Source: Euryarchaeota archaeon UBA242
GTDB taxonomy: Archaea > Thermoplasmatota > Poseidoniia > Poseidoniales > Poseidoniaceae
Length of the DNA: 64,000 nucleotides
Assembly (NCBI GenBank): GCA_002499015.1
Contig: DAJY01000098.1
Coordinates: forward strand, 4,045-68,044
Direction: 5' to 3'
The notes under the pieces were generated by a model. The model was not told the origin of the DNA. It made no database searches and worked only from the letters and a program-made list of their open reading frames with translations. Of this stretch, positions 19,123 to 34,133 are shown one piece after another (positions within the stretch are counted from its first letter, which is position 1; each line of letters begins with the position of its first letter). Position numbers and translations under genes: made by a program.

Positions 19123-20379
19123 TCAATTACTATTGAATGAATCAACTGCTTGATGAATTTCTTTATCAGTCATATTCCTTCTTTGACTCTTAGCAATTTC
19201 AAACAGATGAACCACTAGTTCTTCGTTTACTTCTATTCCCTTTTGTTCAAGCCACCAAATGATGTTAGAACGGCCGGCCATATGACCGATGCGAATAACT
19301 TGCTTTAATCCAAAATCAGCAGCAGGGACACCAGAATAAACCCTGTCAGCAAGCCATTGGTCGCCTTTTTTCATCGCTTTAATTACCGCTGAAGCATGAA
19401 CACCTGTTCCAGTTTCAAAAGCATCTCTCCCGAATACTGGATAATTATGTGGCAATGGAACTTCAATATACTCATTTGCTTTCTTTACATATTCATTTAG
19501 TAAAGTCAAATCATTATCAATAGCGCCCATTAACTTCAAATTGACCAGTGTTTGGTCAAGAGGAGCATTACCTGCTCTTTCTCCAACTCCCAAAGCAGTA
19601 CCATGGATTACATCTGCGCCTGCTTCAACAGCTGCAATGTTATTGGCTACTCCCAAACCTCTGTCTTGATGACCGTGCCAATTAACTTCGATTTCACTTC
19701 TCATGTATCCGGAATCTTTTATCACTTCTTCATCGATGAAATTTAGTAACTTTTTGACGCCATTAGGCGTTACATGTCCACATGTATCACATACACATAG
19801 GCGCCTTACACCCAATTCCATTGCTCTTTGATAAATCATTTTGACATCTTTCGGCTTTGACCGAGTTGTATCTTCGGTAACAAACATAACAGGAACATCA
19901 TTTTCAACTGCGAATGACACTGCTGTTTCCATCGTTGACAATAATTTTTCTATTGTCCACCCTTCTGTGAATTGACGTATTGGACTGGTTCCTAAAAATG
20001 CACTTGCTTGGATTTCGATTCCATGCTTTTGTTGTAAATCGACCAGTGGCTGAATATCACTCATCAATGTTCTAACAGCAGCACCTGGTCTTATCGAAAA
20101 ATTATTCTCAGTGATATGACTTAGCATTGCATCAATATGCTCAAGATGGAATGGACCCGCTCCAGGCAACCCGAGATCTACTTTTTGAATTCCCAACTTT
20201 TCCATATAGCCCAACAATTCAATTTTTTGTGGAATCGTCGGATTACGCGCACTTGGACTCTGCAATCCGTCTCTCAGTGTCTCATCATCAAACCAAATCC
20301 CGTGCGGGTGGTTATTTGAGTCTCGAGAAATATCATATTCGACTCTATTCCAATCAAAAATCAGTGCACGCTCATCCAT
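19123..20379 (-). CDS. HMGL-like pyruvate carboxyltransferase family protein (2-isopropylmalate/citramalate/homocitrate synthase-like)
   Basis: 418 aa. DETLRDGLQSP near the N-terminus, plus HGHQDRGLGVANNIAAVEAGADVIHGTALGVGERAGNAPLDQ, the TIM-barrel metal-binding signatures of the LeuA/NifV/CimA family. No LeuA regulatory domain is present. Confidence 0.7.
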   Translation of the reverse strand: MDERALIFDWNRVEYDISRDSNNHPHGIWFDDETLRDGLQSPSARNPTIPQKIELLGYMEKLGIQKVDLGLPGAGPFHLEHIDAMLSHITENNFSIRPGAAVRTLMSDIQPLVDLQQKHGIEIQASAFLGTSPIRQFTEGWTIEKLLSTMETAVSFAVENDVPVMFVTEDTTRSKPKDVKMIYQRAMELGVRRLCVCDTCGHVTPNGVKKLLNFIDEEVIKDSGYMRSEIEVNWHGHQDRGLGVANNIAAVEAGADVIHGTALGVGERAGNAPLDQTLVNLKLMGAIDNDLTLLNEYVKKANEYIEVPLPHNYPVFGRDAFETGTGVHASAVIKAMKKGDQWLADRVYSGVPAADFGLKQVIRIGHMAGRSNIIWWLEQKGIEVNEELVVHLFEIAKSQRRNMTDKEIHQAVDSFNSN

Positions 20380-20484
20380 TTCAATTCACCTAATTGCCAC
20401 GACAAGACGCCGCCGCGTTCAATGACAACAACTCACTATGTTTGAAGTCGTCGCAACGAAGCGCTTACAGAAAAATCTAGGCAA

Positions 20485-25180
<4,696 letters not shown>

Positions 25181-25645
25181 TTAATCATTAATGTGCTTTT
25201 GTTTAGGAGTTGGCCGGGATATTAATTATCGATAATAATTGTCGTAGTTAATTCGAACTATTTTATTAATAACTCCGTATTATTCACGCCGCCTTAGCAC
25301 ATCAACTCCCTACACCATATCATCCCCCGCCTAAGGCTTGTAAAGGTAGTGCCTGACAGACATCAAATGTGCTTGAAAACGCCCTGTGTTGGCACAAAAC
25401 ACCCTCTTGCCCACTAGGCATCTTTTTGACATTCTGTTGCCAAATAAGGGCGCTTTTTGCAATATCGTACGCCACGATTAATAATTTCTTAATTAATAAT
25501 CAATTATAGGTGAATTGTTTTGCCCATTATGCAATTAGTAGTTACAATTAATTTAGGAGTTCTACCCTTTATTAATCTGCTAAAAATGCGTATTTGACCG
25601 CCCATTTTTGAGCGAGATTCACAAATATTCTAATTGTTTTGAAGC

Positions 25646-26479
25646 GTGAGCGTTAAGAATGGACGGCAGGTCGCTCAAATCATGGCTGACCCAAATGTGT
25701 GTGTCTCTCTTGAAGCGACCACAGTGAAAGAAGTGATGGACGAAGCGGCACGAGCGAATCTTGCTGGTGCTGATATGGTCGAGATTCGATTTGACAGATT
25801 GTACCTTATCAAGCCTCAAGCCACTATATCTGAAAATGCAGAAGGCGAGAGAGTATCCTATACACCCCCTGCTGTTGAATGGGATACACGTGAGTTCGAA
25901 TCAATTAATGTTGAAAGTTGTCTGGAATCTATCAAAGAAGGAATTCCATTACCCGTAATATTCTCATTGAGGTCAGTTCGCGAAGGTGGGTTTTTCATCG
26001 GTACTGAAGAGCAGCGCCTTGAGATTCTAGCTCAAGCAATCGCTTCTGGAATCTCATGGGTTGACCTTGAGACCAGTATTGAAGAAAAGGCTAGAGCAGG
26101 CCTCCTAGAGGCTGCTAAGGCGGCTAAGTGCCAAGTTGTTGCTTCTACACACAATAATGAATCTATGCCATCCGCTGCAGAGATTTCTGAGCTGGTACGC
26201 TCAAATAAGGACCTCGGCGACATTGTTAAGTTCTGTGGAAGAGTATCAGATCATCAAGATGCACTACAAATTATTCACGCATCACAAGAACTCGCTGATG
26301 ACAACATTCAATTCAGTTTGATGGGTTTGGGCAATGGTGGAGATTGGGCACGTATTCACGCACCAATTCTTAATCAACATATCGTTTATGCAACAATGTT
26401 AAACGAATTTAGATTAAATGAGAAGGGTTTGGTCAATGTCAATGATCTAAGAGATGCCTGGACGCTTCTCGACTACTGA
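25646..26479 (+). CDS. aroD: 3-dehydroquinate dehydratase, type I
   Basis: 277 aa. ADMVEIRFDRL matches the type I DHQase xVEhRhD motif. A His-containing STHN motif and the Schiff-base lysine context GDIVKFCGRV are present. The likely true start is the internal Met at about 25682 (MADPNVCVSLEA...). Confidence 0.6.
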   Translation: MSVKNGRQVAQIMADPNVCVSLEATTVKEVMDEAARANLAGADMVEIRFDRLYLIKPQATISENAEGERVSYTPPAVEWDTREFESINVESCLESIKEGIPLPVIFSLRSVREGGFFIGTEEQRLEILAQAIASGISWVDLETSIEEKARAGLLEAAKAAKCQVVASTHNNESMPSAAEISELVRSNKDLGDIVKFCGRVSDHQDALQIIHASQELADDNIQFSLMGLGNGGDWARIHAPILNQHIVYATMLNEFRLNEKGLVNVNDLRDAWTLLDY

Positions 26480-26515
26480 TTTGTCTCTTTCTTGGGAAAG
26501 CGAATCGATTTCACC

Positions 26516-27583
26516 CTATTGAATAGGTGGTGGAAGCAATTGTTCCGGCATAGGCGGTATTGCTTTAGTTTGAGTCTCATAAACGATTGGAGGTGGAATC
26601 TCCAGTAAAGGTACCAGTTCTTCTTGCTTTGGTGCTAATCCAGCCCCCATATATTTGCGATTAACAATTATTGGTGCTATCATCATACACCCTACAATGC
26701 CCAAGAAAGCAATAGAAACTGTCCAAGGTGGCAAAATGAATGAACGCAGCGTGGTTACTATTGACACATCTGCATTTACAATCTTATTCGGAGCCTCAGC
26801 ATCCGAGTCATGAGAGTTATCCCACGTATCAACCACTACATAGAAATCTTCCCAATTGCTACCTCCGAATAAATTATTATAGATTTCTGGAGCATCTAGA
26901 CTAACCGACATTACAACTTCATCCATATTTTCATATTCATGCGCATCCCTAAAAGTGCGCCATCCCAGAATGTCAAAACTTCTCCATTCAGGAGGGATGT
27001 TTTTGAAACTCTCTTCGACATCCCCCCACCAATCATAACTGCTATGGCTACGCGAATATGATTGCGTGTATGAGTCATATTGACTAGTAGTCATCAAGTA
27101 TACATCACCAAATGCGGGAACTATTTCATCATCGATTATATGAGTCAATGTGACACAAATAGTAGTCCTGTGGTTGCTTGAAAGATTAAGACGCAATGCA
27201 CCTACACTATCATTTCCAATTTTCATAAAAGTGCTATAATCTTCAGCAAGTGGTGTCAGTACATTATTTTGCCAATTGTTTTGATACATGTAAGGCTGTT
27301 CCGGACTTAGTGGATAATCATCTTGATTGTTGTTATCTGATTCAGGGGGTTTCATATCTCCGTCTTCATAATAATAGTCTTCTTCATAATAATAATCATT
27401 ATAAGAGTTTTGAAATGGTACTTCCGCTACTCTCTGTATTGTTTCATTCCAAACTACTGGCTGCCAATCACCTGAACATGCACTAGCGGCTTGAGCGTTA
27501 GAAATAATACCCCCTCCAGTGAATCCACTAGAAGTGAGAGGGATCAGGACCAACATTGTCACTAAAATCGTCACTATACGCAC
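26516..27583 (-). CDS. Secreted/membrane-anchored hypothetical protein (low-complexity Tyr/Asp/Glu-rich region)
   Basis: 355 aa. N-terminal signal/TM segment (MRIVTILVTMLVLIPLTSSG). C-terminal TM helix followed by a Pro-rich cytoplasmic tail. Co-directional with the downstream PKD metalloprotease gene. Confidence 0.45.
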   Translation of the reverse strand: MRIVTILVTMLVLIPLTSSGFTGGGIISNAQAASACSGDWQPVVWNETIQRVAEVPFQNSYNDYYYEEDYYYEDGDMKPPESDNNNQDDYPLSPEQPYMYQNNWQNNVLTPLAEDYSTFMKIGNDSVGALRLNLSSNHRTTICVTLTHIIDDEIVPAFGDVYLMTTSQYDSYTQSYSRSHSSYDWWGDVEESFKNIPPEWRSFDILGWRTFRDAHEYENMDEVVMSVSLDAPEIYNNLFGGSNWEDFYVVVDTWDNSHDSDAEAPNKIVNADVSIVTTLRSFILPPWTVSIAFLGIVGCMMIAPIIVNRKYMGAGLAPKQEELVPLLEIPPPIVYETQTKAIPPMPEQLLPPPIQ

Positions 27584-27638
27584 TATTGTCTACCCCCTAC
27601 ATACATTCCAAGACATAGGGGGTTGATGGATATAACGC

Positions 27639-30600
27639 TCAACCTCTTCTTCTAAGTGGGCGGATATAACCAGAATCATCTGAACGGCGTTCTTCCTTTG
27701 AAAGTATAGATGGGGCCGGCGGAGGTGCGTGTTGATCCATGCCCAACAATCCTCCTTGCGACTCTACATGTTCTACATCATAGGTTTCAGCTGCCTTCTT
27801 TGCCTCTTCCTCTATTTCCATAGGTTCTCTCATTACAAACCAACCTAAAATCAATGCAGCTGTGATAAGGACGATGAAGGTTAACAGGTCTGAACCTGCA
27901 TCTGCTAGCCAATTCTTCCAATCCTGGACACTGAAATCGGACAAAGATGGCGGTGCTTCCCCTTCAGGAATTACTTGGACGGCATAATCCATCTCATCGC
28001 ACATGTCAAGTCCATTGCAGACCTGTAGACGAATTTGTACTAATCCTGCTTCTTGCCAACTTGCAGAGACTCTAGTTCTTGAACCTGTGAGAGGCAATAC
28101 CCAATCATCAGCAAAATCACCGTTTTCATTAGCATCAACTGCCAAGTCCAAATCCCATTGAATCAATAGTCCGGATTCAATTCTCTCGTCACGGTCACTG
28201 ATTGAACCATCTAGTACATTCAAATCCCTATAAATGATCAATTCATCACTTTCTTCACCAGTAATATTTGCACTCAACGAATTTACATCCCCTACCAATA
28301 CATCATCAGGAATGTAAATCTCTTCAATCACCGGAGGTGTGTGGATAATCACCGTATAGGATTGCCTTGAAACATCCCCTGTACCAAATGAATCTCTAAC
28401 TGTAAGCGTAACAATATATTCACCCGGAATTGAATACGAATGCCAAGGAGATGGATCGTGGTTCAATGGTGTAGCATCGCCGAAATTCCAGGTATAACTA
28501 ACGATGCCGTTCCATTCTGGAGATGATGATTCGAGTGGAATATACATCCCTTCATAGCGACGGTCTCCATCTCTTGTCCCTTCCGAATCGAAGTATAGTA
28601 AAGTCCCAGGTGCCGCAATTGAATTACCATCTTCGTCAAAAGTTCGAGACCATGATTCTACCACAGTTCCTTCGGGGAAGGATGTTTTATCGGTAATAAT
28701 TTCTCCTTCTAACCATGCATCTAGTATTTTCACACTAATGATTGGAACTGGATTAGAGATTCTAATAACCATAGTCTTTGCAATACTCTCTTGCCCACTT
28801 TCATCGGTAACAATCAGTATTACACTGTTAACTCCAGGTTCAGTAAAAGAATGAGTGACTTGTGGCCTGTCACCGAATGTACCATCAGAGAAACTCCAAT
28901 TGAATGTTAAGTCACTTGAATCACCAACTGTCCCATCGGGGTCAAAACTATTTCTTCCATCAAAGGTGTATGGGGAATCAACTTGCCCATCTGTTGCGCG
29001 GAAATCTATTAATTCAGAACCGGTTGATGCAGTTGTACGCACAAGGAAATCTGATACTGGCATTTGATTGAGAACTGTAACATAAAATTGTGCAGTAGAT
29101 GAACTTCCATCGTCATCAGTTGCTGTAAGTTGGACTGTCATTAGTCCGGGGTTATCCCATCCGACTATAGGATTGGATTGGGCACTGCTGGTAGTTGTGA
29201 AATCATCAGTTCTATCAAGCGAACCGCCATTGAGGTTAACACCATCAGGGAAACTCCAGGAATATGTCACTATTTGCCCATCAAAATCTTTGAAAACATC
29301 GGGCATTACCATTGGCGTATAGGTGTATGTAGTCATATTCTCCGACCAAATCTGAACCGGAACACGATTGTTTACAGTGACGTTAATTGATTTTATTCCG
29401 ATATTAATACCATCAGAAACACTCAATGTTAGAATATATGTTTCATTGGTAGAATTCAATGCCCCCCATTCGTGGTGAGCAGAATACATCCCGACTCCAC
29501 TTTGGCTAGTACCATCGCCCCAATTCCAGTCGAATTGGAGATTTTCTGTTGGCACATTATCTGCTGTTCTACCTGCCGAGAAGAGGATTTTTTGGTTAGT
29601 CATAATTGAAATTTCCGTTTCAATAACAACATTGTTGACTGTGATGATAGGAACGGGCTGCGTAATATCATTAACTACTATTTCATGAATATCCGTTTCC
29701 GACCAAGTTCCACCTACATCTTGAATTCTTAAAGTGGCATTGAATGATCCGACCGAGGTATAATATCGTACTGGAGATTTCAAACTTGAACTAATATTGT
29801 CACCAAAATCCCAAGCATAGGCTGTTGGTGAGTCATAATATGGTAACGAATTATTGTCCAAGGAAAGGCCCCATGCGTCAAAACCATCTCCATTGAATTG
29901 GACATTTTCCCATGTTTGTGTTTGATTTGGTGCGACACTACCATTCGCGGTAGGACGCATATTTGCTAGAGTTTGTGGCGCTGTCGTTTTGGTGTCAATC
30001 AATGTTCCAAGCATATCTCGCATCTCCAAATCAAATGTATATTGATCAGTCATTGCTGCTGTAAAGTAAAAATTACCTCCAACATCTACGCCGCCTCCAG
30101 CAGAAATTCTATTTGTTAGTGAATCTACTTCATTGCCAAATGCATCCTTAACCTTGACAGTGATATCTAAATCTTCAAAGAAAGCATTTGATAATACATT
30201 GTAATTGATGTGGGCGGTGTCTGGTGAACCATCTCCATCTCTATCGGATAGAGTCGTTGTGTTCAGTCCAATAGTAGCAGGAGAGGTTATTCTTGCTGCT
30301 TCAACATCGATGGTCCCTTGTGGATAGGAAGACCCACAAGATGTGTAATCACAATCTGCAACCGTACTTGCATACCATGTTATTGCCCATACTTCATCTG
30401 TCAAATTGCCAAATCCAGGGATAAGGCCTGTAGCAACGTTATTTTTGAAATTCAAATCGCTAACACTCCACAGTCCATCAACTGTAGATTTTGAAACTAA
30501 AACTCCATCAAATTGACTGACATCTGCTGTAAACCTCATTGTCAAAGGAGCTGGAGAGGCTGCTCCGGGAGTGAATTTATAGGAACTTATTCCCCATCCT

Positions 30601-31844
30601 TCGACGCTATTTCCTGTTGAAGACCAAGGTCCAACCCAATCTGAGTTAGTATCAGCAGGTTGTGCCCTACAGAATGAACCGGAAGCACACGCTTGTGTCA
30701 ATTGAAGATTAGGATATCCCCAAATCCCTTGATCACTATCTAATGTAGCAGCAATTGAGAAATTGGCAAATATTTCAGACATAGTCGTACCAATTTTACC
30801 TGATTGGCCGGATTGAGGAGAGAGTGCCAGGTTGACAACTCCTTGCCCGCCTGTTGCACTATCCTGTACTAATTGCCTAACAGCCGGACCTCCGCCTAAG
30901 TGTTCAGCCAAATACATAGTGAACATATATCCTGCACCATAATCTGCAATTCTTTGATTCCACCATCGAACACTTAGTTCTGGACTTGTAGTCCAAGCAT
31001 TAACGTGCCCTACAAGAGTTGAATCTGCACCAAAACAAAGATAGATTGCTACATCTGCATTTCCTTCATCTATCCACAGATTCTCATACGGGTCTAGCGC
31101 ATTATGTAATAGATGTTCTAACTCGTGAGCAAGAATTGATTTACCCCAAGTTAATGTTATATCTGCATAATCAACAAAGACGGCTTCTCTCGAAACTGCA
31201 AATGAAGGAGAGAAATAGCCACCGATATTGTATGCCCCATCGATATCATAAATTACGATTTGAACTTGACAATTATTATCTTTATCAGGAGGGGCTAAAC
31301 CTCTGCCGTCCTGGTAGTCCTTTCCATAGTAAGTAGTCATTGTTGGATAGATTGTTTGATCCCATGTTTGTGCAAGATTGTTTAGAACGGTGGATGAAAG
31401 TGTTCTTCCCGATTGCACTAGGAATGCTACTGAAACAGTTGTTTTTGCCACATAAGTGTCAACCGAACCACCAGATGTTGGAACGGTCAGTGTATCTCCG
31501 ACCACATGTGGCGAACAAGCTCTTGCTGAAGCACGACCACTCGTAGATGGCTGCATTAACATTTCATCTACGCCCGGCATACCGGCTTCAACCCACTTTA
31601 ATTTCATGAATGATGAGGCCGAGACAACAATCTGGTCCTCTTCAATAAACAAATATTCTCTTCCATCTTGTGCATCAAATTCAGAAATATCGCCAATTAT
31701 CACTCCTCCGGCATCATATGGCACTACTTCGTACCTATCTGATTCGTCGGACTGCGCCGCTACAGCCATCAATAATGGAGACATGCTAGCAATGAGCAAT
31801 ACTGTTACGAATATGAAAGCTGGACTGGTGCGTAGTTCCGACAT
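27639..31844 (-). CDS. Cell-surface zinc metalloprotease (HExxH) with multiple PKD-like repeats and a C-terminal TM anchor
   Basis: 1401 aa. Signal peptide. HExxH in ILAHELEHLLHNALDPYENLWIDEGNAD. At least five PKD-type repeats with WxFGDG-like cores (WDFGDN, WNWGDGT, WSFPDG, WSFSDGT, WNFGDATP). C-terminal TM helix and a charged cytoplasmic tail. Confidence 0.7.
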   Translation of the reverse strand: MSELRTSPAFIFVTVLLIASMSPLLMAVAAQSDESDRYEVVPYDAGGVIIGDISEFDAQDGREYLFIEEDQIVVSASSFMKLKWVEAGMPGVDEMLMQPSTSGRASARACSPHVVGDTLTVPTSGGSVDTYVAKTTVSVAFLVQSGRTLSSTVLNNLAQTWDQTIYPTMTTYYGKDYQDGRGLAPPDKDNNCQVQIVIYDIDGAYNIGGYFSPSFAVSREAVFVDYADITLTWGKSILAHELEHLLHNALDPYENLWIDEGNADVAIYLCFGADSTLVGHVNAWTTSPELSVRWWNQRIADYGAGYMFTMYLAEHLGGGPAVRQLVQDSATGGQGVVNLALSPQSGQSGKIGTTMSEIFANFSIAATLDSDQGIWGYPNLQLTQACASGSFCRAQPADTNSDWVGPWSSTGNSVEGWGISSYKFTPGAASPAPLTMRFTADVSQFDGVLVSKSTVDGLWSVSDLNFKNNVATGLIPGFGNLTDEVWAITWYASTVADCDYTSCGSSYPQGTIDVEAARITSPATIGLNTTTLSDRDGDGSPDTAHINYNVLSNAFFEDLDITVKVKDAFGNEVDSLTNRISAGGGVDVGGNFYFTAAMTDQYTFDLEMRDMLGTLIDTKTTAPQTLANMRPTANGSVAPNQTQTWENVQFNGDGFDAWGLSLDNNSLPYYDSPTAYAWDFGDNISSSLKSPVRYYTSVGSFNATLRIQDVGGTWSETDIHEIVVNDITQPVPIITVNNVVIETEISIMTNQKILFSAGRTADNVPTENLQFDWNWGDGTSQSGVGMYSAHHEWGALNSTNETYILTLSVSDGINIGIKSINVTVNNRVPVQIWSENMTTYTYTPMVMPDVFKDFDGQIVTYSWSFPDGVNLNGGSLDRTDDFTTTSSAQSNPIVGWDNPGLMTVQLTATDDDGSSSTAQFYVTVLNQMPVSDFLVRTTASTGSELIDFRATDGQVDSPYTFDGRNSFDPDGTVGDSSDLTFNWSFSDGTFGDRPQVTHSFTEPGVNSVILIVTDESGQESIAKTMVIRISNPVPIISVKILDAWLEGEIITDKTSFPEGTVVESWSRTFDEDGNSIAAPGTLLYFDSEGTRDGDRRYEGMYIPLESSSPEWNGIVSYTWNFGDATPLNHDPSPWHSYSIPGEYIVTLTVRDSFGTGDVSRQSYTVIIHTPPVIEEIYIPDDVLVGDVNSLSANITGEESDELIIYRDLNVLDGSISDRDERIESGLLIQWDLDLAVDANENGDFADDWVLPLTGSRTRVSASWQEAGLVQIRLQVCNGLDMCDEMDYAVQVIPEGEAPPSLSDFSVQDWKNWLADAGSDLLTFIVLITAALILGWFVMREPMEIEEEAKKAAETYDVEHVESQGGLLGMDQHAPPPAPSILSKEERRSDDSGYIRPLRRRG

Positions 31845-31932
31845 TTAATTGACCTCAGGGAAACGCATCACTGGTTCCCAAAATCACCACTTGAAATGAA
31901 GTATTTAATACTCGGTCAATGAGGATTCAATA

Positions 31933-33168
31933 ATGCTCTTGCCACTTAACGCTAAAAGCCGCGGTCAAAAACGCCTCATAGGTGTCGTTTTTGTCTGTTT
32001 GTTGCTATCAAATGTCACATCTGCAAGTGGTAATGAAGATAATTGGATTAATTCGGTTGACATTTGCCAAAAAACAAGTGAATTACAATTTAATGGAACA
32101 TTGGCAAACCAGAGCGTTACATGGCAAACTGAACTTGGACCAAGATTACCTGGTTCGAACGCTTCATTGGCACTCAGAGAGTCAATAACTGAAAATCTTA
32201 CAACTTATGGCTGGGATGTCGAATTAAGTACCCACATTTCTCATGAAATCGAGTTAACTAATGTAATCGCAACTTGGAAACCTCAAAACCTTAGTCCAAA
32301 TGAAACCGAAGAATTGGGTCGAATCGTATTGTCTGCGCATTATGACACTAGAAATATAGCCGACAAGGATTCCAATGTCTCTCTGCAAAACACCCCTATT
32401 CTAGGAGCTAACGATGGGGCGAGCGGTGTTGCTGCTCTTATCGAGCTAGGTCGAATCATCCCTAGTATGGATTTGAATAATGAAATCATGCTACTATTTT
32501 CTGATGCTGAAGATCAAGGGAATAACTACACGCTCGGTGCTGAGGCATGGGCTGATAATCTATCTCAAGAAGAAATTAATCGAACTGAATCTTTCATTTT
32601 ATTAGACATGATAGGAGATGCTGATTTACAATTAACAAAAATTATCCCTTCAACACCAATCTTAACTGAAAATATGATGATATTGGGTCAAAAACTAGGG
32701 CTTTCTAATCAAACAGATGGTTGTAATGGTCAAAGGTCTGATGTTATGCAGTCCAATCAATCATTAACTGTGATAGATGACCATGTGCATCCATTCGCTC
32801 TTGGAATTCCTTCTCTAGACATTATCGACTTGGCATACGGTATAAACGCTACTCCTTTCGGAGGTTATTGGCATACCACACAAGATACCGCAGATAAAGT
32901 AAGTGCTGAATCGCTAGAAAGTGTTGGGAGGATTGTAGAATTGGGACTATTAACAGGGGCATGGACGTCAATTGACACCCCATTAGAACAATCAAAACAA
33001 TTAGAACAATCAGAACTATCAAATAATTCTGAGCCCGAACAACAGCAACCAATTGAAGAAGCCACCAACAAAGGTGCTGATTCTTCTAAATTATTGGCAG
33101 TTTTGTCTTTCAGTGTTCTTGCTATAAGTTTAGTTTCTTTATTTTTCCTTAAGCGCTTTGTAGAATAA
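31933..33168 (+). CDS. M28 family peptidase (aminopeptidase-like), secreted with a C-terminal TM anchor
   Basis: 411 aa. Signal peptide. M28 metal-binding signatures (AHYDTRNIADKD..., GANDGASGVAALIELGRII, DAEDQG, HTTQDTADKV). C-terminal hydrophobic anchor. Confidence 0.75.
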   Translation: MLLPLNAKSRGQKRLIGVVFVCLLLSNVTSASGNEDNWINSVDICQKTSELQFNGTLANQSVTWQTELGPRLPGSNASLALRESITENLTTYGWDVELSTHISHEIELTNVIATWKPQNLSPNETEELGRIVLSAHYDTRNIADKDSNVSLQNTPILGANDGASGVAALIELGRIIPSMDLNNEIMLLFSDAEDQGNNYTLGAEAWADNLSQEEINRTESFILLDMIGDADLQLTKIIPSTPILTENMMILGQKLGLSNQTDGCNGQRSDVMQSNQSLTVIDDHVHPFALGIPSLDIIDLAYGINATPFGGYWHTTQDTADKVSAESLESVGRIVELGLLTGAWTSIDTPLEQSKQLEQSELSNNSEPEQQQPIEEATNKGADSSKLLAVLSFSVLAISLVSLFFLKRFVE

Positions 33169-33233
33169 AATGATCGGTTTGTTGCGCGGACTTGCCGGGA
33201 AAGGGGTAATATCCGCGCACAAGCACCTATGGT

Positions 33234-34133
33234 TTGAGCGGAGGAGGTGAGGGCGTGTCTGGCAAGAGTATGGAAGAAAGAAAGGCTGCACTGAGAGCAC
33301 GTGTCCAGAGCAAACTGCAAGCCTCGCAAGATGCTACTGAACAAAGAGCTCTAGTTTCAAGTGAAGAACTGGTTGTCAGTGTTGAAGATGTAGATGCTGC
33401 TGTGGAATTAGCGGCTGAAAAAACAAAACAACGATGGTTACGATTGGAGGAAGTTGAGAGGGGCCGATGGAGGACTATAGCTGCATCTTTGATATTATTG
33501 GGCTCATTATTGGGGATTATGAGTGGTGCTTTGATTCTACAAGGAAACCCTAGTGACATTATTTCTTCTTCATTCTTCGCATCTACTGATTCTGTAGATG
33601 TCATAGGTACTGCAATTCAAGCTGAAGAAGGTACTGAAGTTGAAAATGTAACTGTTGAATTAATTGAAATCGACACCAATACAATCCTACGTACAGTGAA
33701 AACAGATGCAAATGGCCTCTTTGTCATTGATAATGTCATATCAAAATTACATATATTGAAACTGTCCAAAGAAGGCTATAATACCATGGAATTGAAAATA
33801 ATTCCTGAAAAGGCAGGAGTCGGACCGATAACCATGTCTTATGGTGATGACACAATTACGCGAGACCACCACACAGTGGCCACTGGATGGGGTTTAGAGA
33901 ATGCTGTAGGGCTTTCGACAACAATTGGGATTCTTACGGTAATTACCGGAATAGTGGGGGTTCAAGCTGCGGTTGAAGTTAGAAGAGGTAAGTACTACAG
34001 GAGGACACAGTATTTAGCAGGAATCTCATTATTCAGTAGAGGATTAATAATATTTGGACCGGCATTAATCCTTGCTGGAATGATCACGATGGTGTTCATT
34101 AAAGAACAATTTGATGATAACCAGGAGGAATGA
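33234..34133 (+). CDS. Membrane protein with a carboxypeptidase-regulatory-like beta-sandwich domain (hypothetical)
   Basis: 299 aa. N-terminal coiled-coil, a TM helix, a beta-rich domain (VENVTVELIEIDTNTILRTVKTDANGLFVIDNV) and C-terminal TM helices. The TTG start in the track is preceded by a strong GGAGGTGA motif; the GTG at about 33255 or the ATG at about 33270 are alternative starts. Its stop overlaps the start of the Tmk-like gene (ATGA). Confidence 0.45.
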   Translation: MSGGGEGVSGKSMEERKAALRARVQSKLQASQDATEQRALVSSEELVVSVEDVDAAVELAAEKTKQRWLRLEEVERGRWRTIAASLILLGSLLGIMSGALILQGNPSDIISSSFFASTDSVDVIGTAIQAEEGTEVENVTVELIEIDTNTILRTVKTDANGLFVIDNVISKLHILKLSKEGYNTMELKIIPEKAGVGPITMSYGDDTITRDHHTVATGWGLENAVGLSTTIGILTVITGIVGVQAAVEVRRGKYYRRTQYLAGISLFSRGLIIFGPALILAGMITMVFIKEQFDDNQEE

